A DNA stretch of 64,000 bases from a virus: the IMG/VR virus record IMGVR_UViG_3300030012_005163, positions 32,001 through 96,000 of that record; one strand, written 5' to 3'. Made by a program: the position numbers and the translations under genes. How positions within the stretch are numbered: the stretch's first letter is position 1; each line of letters opens with the position of its first letter. The notes beneath the pieces are model-generated. The model worked only from the letters and a program-made list of their open reading frames with translations. It was not told the DNA's origin and ran no database searches. Positions 55,677-64,000 of the stretch are shown here, piece by piece.

Positions 55677-56003
55677 ATGAGTACAGAATACTATAATCGA
55701 TATCAAAAATTTAATTTTAATGGAAAATATACACCATTACCATTTATTAAGATTGAGCCTAAATCTTCAGATAAAACTGTTTTATATAGACAAACTCAAA
55801 GTAGAATGGATAAATTAAGTCAAGAATATTATGGTAACCCATATCATGGTTGGTTAATTATGTTAGCTAATCCCCAATACGGTGGTGTAGAAGAATCTAT
55901 ACCTAACAATGAAATAATAAGAATACCATTTCCTTTTAAAGATAGTTTACAACAATATATTTCTGAAGTTCAAAAGTATCAGAGATTAAATGGTACAGGA
56001 TAA
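55677..56003 (+). CDS. Baseplate wedge protein (gp53/LysM-like)
   Basis: RMDKLSQEYYGNPYHGWLIMLANP...IRIP. Confidence 0.75.
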   Translation: MSTEYYNRYQKFNFNGKYTPLPFIKIEPKSSDKTVLYRQTQSRMDKLSQEYYGNPYHGWLIMLANPQYGGVEESIPNNEIIRIPFPFKDSLQQYISEVQKYQRLNGTG

Positions 56004-56013
56004 ATCTTAATCA

Positions 56014-59000
56014 ATGGCAGAAGAAGAAAAAGATGTGAATGTTGAACAAGTAGGTGCGGGTTTGATGTTAGTTGATCCTAATCCATCAGGTAGAAATGTT
56101 TTACCTGCAGAAGATATGTTCATATATGTAAGTTTAACTGCACAAGAACGAAATAGAGGAGTAGTAACTATAGGAGAAAATGAAAATGAGTTTGATGAAA
56201 GTAGATTTGGTGAAATTGAGTTTGTAGCTACCGAAGTAAAATATAATCAAGCAGGTGAACCTATGAAAGATATTATGGGGGATGTTACATCTTATGCGAC
56301 TACCAATTACACTAATATAGGAGGTATACAAAACACATTTGGTAGTGGGTTATTAGAAGGGTTTGGTATTACATCCATCAATGTAAAATATAATACAAGT
56401 TTAATACCACAGGTTGATATAGATTTTACTGACATTAGGGGTAGTGGTTTATTTGATGTTATAGAACAAGACAATAGAAAATCTCCATACAGTGTATTTT
56501 TTAAAATGCCGTACCCAATATTTAATTTAACTTTAAAAGGATATTTTGGTAAACCTGTTGAGTATTGTTTAAATTTAGTAAACTGGACTTCTAAATTCGA
56601 TCCTGGTACAGGTAATTTTAATATAAGTGCTAATTTTGTAGGATTCCAACAAGCATTTTTGGCGGATATAACTATAGGAGATATAATTGGTACTGTTAAT
56701 ACAGAGGCAGGGTTAAAAAATTTATTAGATTTACCCTTAACTGTGGGAACAGTAAAAGAAGGTGGTGAGACAGGTTCTGGACAAATTGCAACACCACAGT
56801 TAGATGAGTTTGTAAAGGATTTGAGTAAATTACAAATTGATTTAGAAGAACTTAAAATTGAAAATACAATTTATAAAGAATTACAAATTTTAAATACACA
56901 ACAAAAAAAATTAGAAGATATAAGAGGGTTTATTGGTAGACCGTTAGGTAAAGCTAATATAGACACGTATAAAAATAATGAAAGTGCACCCCCTTATTTA
57001 TCACAGTTAAATTCCCCATTACAGATTAGTAGTTCGAGTATTAAATCTCAAAATCTAACAAATTTCAAATCATACTTATCTATTAGAGATTTATTATTTG
57101 TTAAAACCACAGTAAATAGTTCGGTGGATAATTATATGAATGATTTATACGATAAAGTTAATGACTATGTTAAATTCTATGGTGACAATTCTACTGTATT
57201 AAATGCTAACGACAATATAGCAAAAAAATCGGTTAACGGTGCACAAATAAATAGTGAGTATTGGAAATTTAGTGAAAACAATAATGGAGAGAGTGTTGAC
57301 TATGAACAATTTAAATTAACTTTTGCAGGTGGTGGAAATACTACAACATTAACTTTAGAATCCTTTATAGATGAATTAAAAAAACCAAATAGTATTTTAA
57401 AAAGTAATAACCCTAAAGAATATGCAGAATGTAACCAAAACTTTGATGTTTCTGGTATTACTATAAATAATTACTCTAAAGATTTAAATGATAATAAACC
57501 TGGTAATAAAAATAGTGATTTTAATAATTCTGATGTAGGATTTGTTTTAGACTTTAGGGCAATAAGAATGATGGTTAATGATATGTTAATAACTTTAAAC
57601 AAAGAAAAAAAGAAGAAAGAAGAAAAGTTATTAAAAGAATTAAATGATGCATTATCAGTTAGATTAGGATATAAACCAACCATAGGAACAGTATTTCAAA
57701 TCATATGTAACAATGCACAGGCATTTTTGGCGACAATATATGATATAGGTAGAAGTGCGGAACTACAAAATAAAGCAAGACAAAAAGCGTTACAAAGGGT
57801 AGCGGTAAATAGTGATATACAACTAAAAGAAGAATTCGATTTCAAAAGTCAAACTATTTATGCTTTCCCTTCAGTATTTGTTAAAAAAGATGGTGGATTT
57901 GTAGAAAAATATATTGGTTCAGAAGATATATTTCCACCCGATGATCAGGAATCTAGAAATGCATTTCCTGAAATAGGTTTTATAGAAAATTTAATTAAGT
58001 CATTATTGGTAGAAGAAAAGAAACTATTAAATATAACTAAACAAGTAAATAAAGCAAAAAGAAGTAGTAGTGGTGACGATACAGATAACTGGATACCCAA
58101 CAACCCAATAGATTATAAAAACAATCCATTTTATTTATTGAATAGTTCTCAATCTAAAAGTGCTGAAGGAGCAGAAAAGTTATATGAAAAATTTATTAGT
58201 ATATTAGTAGACAGATATATAATTTTAACACAATATAGTAATTCTATTAAACCTAGTACTTATGGTGGTTTCGATGGATTATTAGCGAATTTATCTTTTG
58301 TTGATGATAGAGTTAAAAATATTTTGTATACTTTTTTAAATGATTCAAATAATGATGATAAAATAAAAGAACTACGAGACAAAAGATTAAAAGAATTAAA
58401 TAGTGCAAAATATCAAGATGAAACAGGAGATGATAAAATTTATCACGTATCCAATCCAAAAGGAAATTTTATTATAATTGGTGGGAGTAATAAAGGTAAA
58501 GAAATTTTAAGTAATAATGTTACGTTAACTGAAGAACAAAAAGACGATGATTATAATAGAATTTATGTTGATAAAAAAGTAATAGATGAATCGAAAGAAA
58601 ATTATACTGAATGGAACAGTAGAAATTTATATTTAACTACTAATCAATCGTATAATGTTTTTGATGCATTTACAAAAATGAGTTTAGTTTCTAAATTAGA
58701 TAAAGGAAAAATTAATTTTACTATACCTAACAATGATATAACGTTATTAGATGGTGGTATAAATCCAAAAAATAATCCTGCACCCAATACACCTACAGAA
58801 ACTGAAACTATTAATCTTTACCTTAACTCTAAGTTTCCACTGAATAATATTGATACAACCCAAAAAGCAGAACTACTCACTAATTCAAAACTTTATCAGA
58901 ACAATACTTCTGAATTATCAAAAGCATTATTGTTATTATCTACTTTACCTTTTTCTGTTTTTGATAAAATACAATTTCCTCAAACAAATGTACCAAATTT

Positions 59001-61593
59001 TATCTCACCCGCTTGTGTAGTAACATTACCTAAATATTTTTTATTATATATAGGTGGTACATTATGGAGACAAAATTTAAGTACTGACCCTATAATATGG
59101 GATGATTCTATTTATACGGGATCAACTATTCCTACACAACAACAATATATTACTCCTTTATGGTCACGTGAACAAAGAGGTGATATTGAATCTAAATTAA
59201 TAAACTTACCAACCCAAACAAAATCTAATTTTATTAATTATTTTACTAATTGGGTTAATAGTGGAGAGTTTAGTAATTTTGCAAATGCAGTAATAGAGTA
59301 TTCAGATGATGATTTATTAACTACTAGTGAGAAATTTGATAAGGGTACATCCGTAGTTTCATTTCTTAAAGAAGAAGAGAAAATGATAGTAGTTTCTACA
59401 GGAGTTCTTAATATAACACCTTCCTCTTCTACATTTTCACTTGATGGTATAACTAATTTTGATGACTACTTAAAATTATTCAAAACGAAGTTCAAAGGTT
59501 CATTAGTTGGTACTGAAAAAATTTCACCTACTAATAGTGAAAAAGAAGATGTTACGAAAAATATGGACGCATTAAAACAAAGTGTGTTTAATAGTATAAA
59601 AAACGTATACGATAGATGGGTGGCGGGTAATACGTCTAAATCTAAATTAACTTTTAACGCTTGTGCTAATGAGGGGACACCCTTATTTGATTATTTTAGA
59701 TTTGTAGATAGAGGTTTTAATGATATTGGTGATAAAGCTATAATTAATTTAGAAAGTGTTATAACTTTAAGTGAAAATTTAACGACTAATGTATATTTCT
59801 TTATGTCTAAATTATTGAGAGATAGTAATTTTTTATTTCAAATACTACCAAATTATATTAATTATAAAGATCCTGAAGAAGTATCTACTATGTTTAAACC
59901 AATAACTAACATTTCAGATAGAAATAATAGTAGTGGTCCAACTTATTTATGTATTTATGCTGGTGGTGCTTCACAAGTTTTAAATATTGAAGAACAAAAT
60001 CGTTATACCTTTAAAAATGATGGGTTTAATTTAGATTTTCCTCCGTCTGATATTTCTGCTAAAAAAGTTTCTGATAAAAGAGCAGAAAGACAAAAAAATA
60101 GAAAAGAAAAAAATTTAGAAAAAAGAAATAAGAGTAGGGAAAAACGTGGTAAAGCACCAATAGTTCGTCCTTCAGGTGAAGGAATTAATTTAGTAGGTTT
60201 TAGAGTGTCTTTTGGTACAGAAAACCAAACAGTATTTAAAAGTGTATCTTTAAATCAACAAGAACACAAAGATACTGCGGAATATCATAAAACTTTAACA
60301 GACTTAATTGATAAAAGAGGTGGTACGAGTAGAAGTTATCAAGGTACAGATTTATATAAAATGTTTAGAGCACGTTCCTATACCTGTAGTGTTGAAGCAT
60401 TAGGTTGTATGAATATTCAACCAATGATGTATTTTCAATTAGATAATGTACCGTTTTTTGAGGGAGCATATATGATACTTAATGTTACACATAATATTTC
60501 TCCTAACCATATGACAACTTCATTTACTGGTGTAAGACAAAGTAAATATTTAACTCCTGTGGTGGATAAAATGACTACCTTTTTAAATATTAGTTTAGAT
60601 GATACATTAGATACTGAACCTATTTTTGAAAGGAGTTCAGTGGCTAGAGAAATCGATTACAATACAGGAATACCTAAAGATAAAGAACCAGATGAACAAT
60701 TTAATTTTGATTCTTTAAATGAAGGTAGTTTAATTACTATGGGTGTTAATAATGTTTCATTAAACTTAGTTAATAGTTTAAAAACTGAATTGATTGGTAA
60801 TGGTATAACTAGTAATTCTCAAGTTACTATGTTCTTAGCCAATGCACTTACAAAATCAAATAATTTCTCTACTTCTGTAGACGTATGGAACGATAAAAAC
60901 AGTGATGCGGGTAAAACACTTTATGGTTCTGTGGGTAATAGGTTTGGTAATAGAGTAAATACCGATGATGCATATATATATAGACCTAAAGGATATATCC
61001 CAATAATAGGTAGAGATCAGTACCAAAGATTTTCTAAAGATACTGATACACCATTATCTACATTAACAGGTAATACAATAAATGTGGCAACTGCTTGTAA
61101 AATTTCTGCTTGGAGATGGATTAATTATCCTTATAGTAATAGTTATCACAATGACGAAAAATTACAAGAAATAGATATAAGAATAAAAGCTTTAGAAGAA
61201 CTTAAAAAAGATAATCAAGAAATTATTGATAACCCTAATACTACACCAACTGTAAAAGAACAATTATTTATGGCTAACACCAAAATAGACATAGAAGGAC
61301 AAAAACTTATAGAAAAGTTTACAGTACTTCAAGAAGAAAAAGACGAAAGATTAAAAACAGAGGAAAATTACCCACCTGGTGGATGGGCTAATGGCGGACA
61401 AGCTAGTAACTTTTCACGTATAGTAGAAAGTTTAAATTTTTCAGGTGGTAAAGATATAGAAGATGCGTTTGAAAATTTTGCAAAAGTACTAAATGCTTTA
61501 CCGACTACAGATGGAGACGATAATTTATTGGGGCAAACAGTAGATGGAACTAAGTTTAAAAAGAAAGGCGTTAATTTATATAAGGAAACTTAA
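56014..61593 (+). CDS. Baseplate hub protein (gp27/VgrG-like) fused to a degenerate GH19 lysozyme-like domain
   Basis: GFGITSINVKY...V.IDFTDIRG at the N-terminus; YTCSVEALG...IQPMMYF.L.NVP.F.GAYMI.NVTHNI hub motif; GH19-like tail YRPKGYIPIIGRDQY. Confidence 0.65.
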   Translation: MAEEEKDVNVEQVGAGLMLVDPNPSGRNVLPAEDMFIYVSLTAQERNRGVVTIGENENEFDESRFGEIEFVATEVKYNQAGEPMKDIMGDVTSYATTNYTNIGGIQNTFGSGLLEGFGITSINVKYNTSLIPQVDIDFTDIRGSGLFDVIEQDNRKSPYSVFFKMPYPIFNLTLKGYFGKPVEYCLNLVNWTSKFDPGTGNFNISANFVGFQQAFLADITIGDIIGTVNTEAGLKNLLDLPLTVGTVKEGGETGSGQIATPQLDEFVKDLSKLQIDLEELKIENTIYKELQILNTQQKKLEDIRGFIGRPLGKANIDTYKNNESAPPYLSQLNSPLQISSSSIKSQNLTNFKSYLSIRDLLFVKTTVNSSVDNYMNDLYDKVNDYVKFYGDNSTVLNANDNIAKKSVNGAQINSEYWKFSENNNGESVDYEQFKLTFAGGGNTTTLTLESFIDELKKPNSILKSNNPKEYAECNQNFDVSGITINNYSKDLNDNKPGNKNSDFNNSDVGFVLDFRAIRMMVNDMLITLNKEKKKKEEKLLKELNDALSVRLGYKPTIGTVFQIICNNAQAFLATIYDIGRSAELQNKARQKALQRVAVNSDIQLKEEFDFKSQTIYAFPSVFVKKDGGFVEKYIGSEDIFPPDDQESRNAFPEIGFIENLIKSLLVEEKKLLNITKQVNKAKRSSSGDDTDNWIPNNPIDYKNNPFYLLNSSQSKSAEGAEKLYEKFISILVDRYIILTQYSNSIKPSTYGGFDGLLANLSFVDDRVKNILYTFLNDSNNDDKIKELRDKRLKELNSAKYQDETGDDKIYHVSNPKGNFIIIGGSNKGKEILSNNVTLTEEQKDDDYNRIYVDKKVIDESKENYTEWNSRNLYLTTNQSYNVFDAFTKMSLVSKLDKGKINFTIPNNDITLLDGGINPKNNPAPNTPTETETINLYLNSKFPLNNIDTTQKAELLTNSKLYQNNTSELSKALLLLSTLPFSVFDKIQFPQTNVPNFISPACVVTLPKYFLLYIGGTLWRQNLSTDPIIWDDSIYTGSTIPTQQQYITPLWSREQRGDIESKLINLPTQTKSNFINYFTNWVNSGEFSNFANAVIEYSDDDLLTTSEKFDKGTSVVSFLKEEEKMIVVSTGVLNITPSSSTFSLDGITNFDDYLKLFKTKFKGSLVGTEKISPTNSEKEDVTKNMDALKQSVFNSIKNVYDRWVAGNTSKSKLTFNACANEGTPLFDYFRFVDRGFNDIGDKAIINLESVITLSENLTTNVYFFMSKLLRDSNFLFQILPNYINYKDPEEVSTMFKPITNISDRNNSSGPTYLCIYAGGASQVLNIEEQNRYTFKNDGFNLDFPPSDISAKKVSDKRAERQKNRKEKNLEKRNKSREKRGKAPIVRPSGEGINLVGFRVSFGTENQTVFKSVSLNQQEHKDTAEYHKTLTDLIDKRGGTSRSYQGTDLYKMFRARSYTCSVEALGCMNIQPMMYFQLDNVPFFEGAYMILNVTHNISPNHMTTSFTGVRQSKYLTPVVDKMTTFLNISLDDTLDTEPIFERSSVAREIDYNTGIPKDKEPDEQFNFDSLNEGSLITMGVNNVSLNLVNSLKTELIGNGITSNSQVTMFLANALTKSNNFSTSVDVWNDKNSDAGKTLYGSVGNRFGNRVNTDDAYIYRPKGYIPIIGRDQYQRFSKDTDTPLSTLTGNTINVATACKISAWRWINYPYSNSYHNDEKLQEIDIRIKALEELKKDNQEIIDNPNTTPTVKEQLFMANTKIDIEGQKLIEKFTVLQEEKDERLKTEENYPPGGWANGGQASNFSRIVESLNFSGGKDIEDAFENFAKVLNALPTTDGDDNLLGQTVDGTKFKKKGVNLYKET

Positions 61594-61629
61594 AATTCTA
61601 ATTTAACTATAGCACCGCCCACTTCATAG

Positions 61630-61661
61630 TTTGTTTTTTACATAAAAAAATAGTATATTTG
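61630..61661 (+). promoter_or_regulatory. Bacteroidota-type promoter immediately before the ATG at 61666
   Basis: TTTG (61630-61633), 20-nt spacer, TATATTTG (61654-61661). Confidence 0.65.
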
Positions 61662-61665
61662 TAAT

Positions 61666-62289
61666 ATGTATATTGGAAATATAGTAACTAAAGATAAAAT
61701 TTTAGATGAAAAATATAATATTTGTGAAGACATTACACAAATAAATGAGAATTTTATTACCCTTATTATTGGTTGGGGTGTAGTTAAAGAAATATATGGA
61801 GAAGAAAATGTTTCTATTTTAAATAAAAAAATAGATGATAAAACCTATTGGACTTTTGATAGTAAAGAAAGAAAAGTAGACTTAGAAATTGATTTAGAAA
61901 ATTTCCCTAAAAAATGTTTAGACTATATTAACCATAATTTAAATTATGTATTCATTGATATTTTACATGATAAACCATCAAAAATAAAAAAAATAATAAA
62001 AAAAATATATTCATTAGAAACTGTTATTTCATTTTTTAATGAGAAAATGGTTTATATTTTCGATGAAAATTTAATCTTTGGTTTGGATTTAAATATATTA
62101 GAATTTGTAGGTTTAGATATTAATAAAATTAAACATAAAATTATTAATATTTCTGAGGTAACTTTAAGAGAAAATGAAATATTTAATAAATGTATAAGGT
62201 GTGTAGAAAATAACAACGAAAAAACCATACCTTACATTTATAGATATGGAACAACGAACAAAGATAATCACATTAGCATCGTTTGTTGA
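61666..62289 (+). CDS. Hypothetical early protein
   Basis: ORF track; has its own host-type promoter. Confidence 0.7.
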   Translation: MYIGNIVTKDKILDEKYNICEDITQINENFITLIIGWGVVKEIYGEENVSILNKKIDDKTYWTFDSKERKVDLEIDLENFPKKCLDYINHNLNYVFIDILHDKPSKIKKIIKKIYSLETVISFFNEKMVYIFDENLIFGLDLNILEFVGLDINKIKHKIINISEVTLRENEIFNKCIRCVENNNEKTIPYIYRYGTTNKDNHISIVC

Positions 62290-62659
62290 TGAGGATAAAG
62301 TAGAGGGTTTTAGTGATTATATTAATAAAAGATTTAAAATACCTAAAGATAAATTATTTATATATACTTCACCACAAGAAGAAGGTAAAAAAATTATAAC
62401 GTTTCGGTTATATTTAAGGGATGGTAAAAAAATAAATACTAAATCGTTTTTCCCCACCACTATAATTACACATAAAAAAGGAGAATGTTTTTATACAATT
62501 AATGCATTAAATAAACTTATAGAAAGTAAAAGTGAAGGTGAAACAGGAAACATTAATCATAAAGAACATAAGATAGAATGGGATGAATACCAAAATAAAA
62601 TGTTAATAACTAAAAAAAATGAATTAACTATTATCGATATCAAACGTAATTTTTCTTAA
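62246..62659 (+). CDS. Conserved-looking hypothetical phage protein (HKK...FYTINALN motif)
   Basis: ORF track; overlaps the upstream gene. Confidence 0.7.
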   Translation: MEQRTKIITLASFVDEDKVEGFSDYINKRFKIPKDKLFIYTSPQEEGKKIITFRLYLRDGKKINTKSFFPTTIITHKKGECFYTINALNKLIESKSEGETGNINHKEHKIEWDEYQNKMLITKKNELTIIDIKRNFS

Positions 62660-62690
62660 AATTCTTATATTTATAATAAAAGACATTAAT

Positions 62691-62873
62691 ATGAACGAAA
62701 ATACAGATAATAAAAAAACTAAAGATTTGGAAGATTCACTTAACGAATTTCTTAAAGTTAATGAAGAAAAAGAGTGTGAGGGAGAAGAATGTTTAATTAA
62801 TGACGGAAAAGAAATTGTAGAAAGAGTTAATAAAGTTTATAAAACAACTGATGGAAGACAATTATTAATATAA
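62691..62873 (+). CDS. Small hypothetical protein (C.G..C...K..ERV.K...T.DGRQLL)
   Basis: ORF track; ATATTTAT at 62667-62674. Confidence 0.65.
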   Translation: MNENTDNKKTKDLEDSLNEFLKVNEEKECEGEECLINDGKEIVERVNKVYKTTDGRQLLI

Positions 62874-62877
62874 AAAA

Positions 62878-63609
62878 ATGGATAAGAAAAAATTAATATC
62901 AGAAGAATTAAAAAGACATATGGAACTGTTAGAATATACGTTCTATATGGAAGATAAACCTGCGGAAGATGAGGTAGACAATCTTTTGTTAGGGGCAGAA
63001 AAACTTTATGAACAAGATCCTGTACCCGCTGAAGATGCAGAAGAAGAAACTACTGAAGATCCATTTGGTGGTGGTTCAGAAGATACAGAAGGTGGTGAAG
63101 AAGAAACTTTAGATTTAGATACTGAAGAAGGAACTAGTGAAACTGACCCATTTGGTGGTGAAGAAGGTATGGAAGTTGAGGATGAATTTGCAACTGAGGA
63201 AGGTGGAGAAGAGACTGTCGAAGTAGACGTTACTGATATAGTAGATAAGGCAGAACAAACTAGAACAGAAATAGAAGGTATGACTGCTAAAATGGATGAA
63301 TTATTAGGTAAACTTGGTGATTTAGAAGGTAAGGTAGGCGATATGGATCAAGTTATTGATAAAATAGATGGTTTAGAAAAAGAAATTGCAGACAGAAACC
63401 CAACACCAGTAGAAAGATTAGAAATGAGATCAATGGATTCTTTTCCATATAGTGTTTCCTTAACTGATTATTGGACAGATAAAGAGGGTTATGATGTAGG
63501 AGGTGAAGAAAAAGAAGAGTTTGTTATCACTCAAAAAGATGTAGATGATTATAGTGCAACTGAAATTAAAGATTCATTTGACTATAATAAAAATGATGAA
63601 AATTCATAA
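62878..63609 (+). CDS. Highly acidic protein with a coiled coil and an LISEELKRHMELL leader (scaffold/core-like)
   Basis: Long D/E/G-rich tract followed by heptad repeats. Confidence 0.55.
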   Translation: MDKKKLISEELKRHMELLEYTFYMEDKPAEDEVDNLLLGAEKLYEQDPVPAEDAEEETTEDPFGGGSEDTEGGEEETLDLDTEEGTSETDPFGGEEGMEVEDEFATEEGGEETVEVDVTDIVDKAEQTRTEIEGMTAKMDELLGKLGDLEGKVGDMDQVIDKIDGLEKEIADRNPTPVERLEMRSMDSFPYSVSLTDYWTDKEGYDVGGEEKEEFVITQKDVDDYSATEIKDSFDYNKNDENS

Positions 63610-63622
63610 AACAAAAATTTAA

Positions 63623-63708
63623 TTTGACATATTAACCAATAATGACTATATTTGTTCATTATTGGTTTTTTCTTGTATTGACTTTTACGAAAAAACTTAT
63701 TATATTTA
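63623..63708 (+). promoter_or_regulatory. Tandem Bacteroidota-type promoters upstream of the SSB gene
   Basis: TTTG at 63623-63626 with TATATTTG at 63647-63654 (20-nt spacer); TTG at 63678-63680 with TATATTTA at 63701-63708 (20-nt spacer). Confidence 0.6.
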
Positions 63709-63741
63709 GAAATAATTATTAACATTTAAAAAAAATTAAAA

Positions 63742-64000
63742 ATGAGTAACAGTTTAGACGCAATTTTGTCTCAGTATGAAAGTAATACTGAAAACAGTTC
63801 AAAAAAACCTAAGTTATCTAATGAAGATAGACTTAAGAAGTATTTCACTGAAAAACTTCAACAAGGAGTAAAAAGTGCAACTCGAAGATTTAGAATTTTA
63901 CCAGCAAAAGATGGTAAGTCTCCATTCGAAGAAGTATATTTTTACGAAAGACAAGTTAACGGTAAATATGAAAAAATTTATTGTAATAAATTAAATGATG
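63742..64000 (+). CDS. T4 gp32-like single-stranded DNA-binding protein, runs off the right edge
   Basis: Hand translation MSNSLDAILSQYE...DRLKKYF...RRFRILPAKDGKSPFEEVYFY...NGKYEKIYC; the RILP...PF...H/Y...C pattern is gp32-like. Confidence 0.75.
   Translation, partial: MSNSLDAILSQYESNTENSSKKPKLSNEDRLKKYFTEKLQQGVKSATRRFRILPAKDGKSPFEEVYFYERQVNGKYEKIYCNKLND

Noticed and set aside
36589-56003. Extracellular contractile injection system or tailocin instead of a phage
   Set aside because: Neck proteins, DNA polymerase, helicase and a gp32-like SSB are interleaved with the tail genes, which indicates a replicating phage.
1-64000. Stop-codon reassignment as seen in some jumbo phages
   Set aside because: Very long ORFs read through in the standard code, and TAG (6863, 36286) and TGA (27953) end genes at sensible boundaries.
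1-64000. tRNA genes, CRISPR arrays, integrase or transposase genes
   Set aside because: No cloverleaf, repeat-spacer array or recombinase motif was seen; the repeats present are all within coding sequence.

Overview
A gene-dense, strongly AT-rich 64 kb segment of a large T4-like contractile-tailed phage (myovirus, probably jumbo), read in the standard genetic code. The host is probably a Bacteroidota bacterium. Four copies of the Bacteroidota housekeeping promoter (TTG, 19-20 nt, TAnnTTTG) sit before early genes or in an intergenic gap, start codons have A-rich leaders without a Shine-Dalgarno sequence, and one fibre ends in a domain typical of Bacteroidota secreted adhesins. Layout: small reverse-strand genes including a stand-alone WYL protein (1-2.3 kb); about 25.5 kb of giant modular fibre/adhesin genes with LamG, S74 chaperone, collagen, PA14-like, beta-helix and Cys-rich domains (2.4-28 kb); family B DNA polymerase, neck protein, glutaredoxin-like protein and SNF2 helicase (28-34.4 kb); head-tail connectors, sheath and tube (34.4-41.3 kb); orphan proteins sharing an N-terminal leader (40-50 kb); tail chaperone, tape measure and baseplate (48-61.6 kb); small conserved genes and the start of a gp32-like SSB. 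The most notable observations are: (1) a candidate +1/-2 programmed frameshift giving a G/GT-type tail chaperone pair; (2) many unrelated proteins, including WYL and HAD proteins and one with a pre-toxin-like module, that share a short leader ending in L/I-x-E, suggesting a capsid-packaged cargo system; (3) a catalytically degenerate GH19 domain and an OmpA-like domain fused into baseplate proteins; (4) very Cys-rich virion proteins together with a CPHC thioredoxin-fold protein; (5) an unannotated RHH gene with an operator-like repeat array; (6) a promoter with no ORF ahead of an extremely AT-rich tract, resembling a replication origin. All family assignments come from motif recognition by eye; no searches were run.
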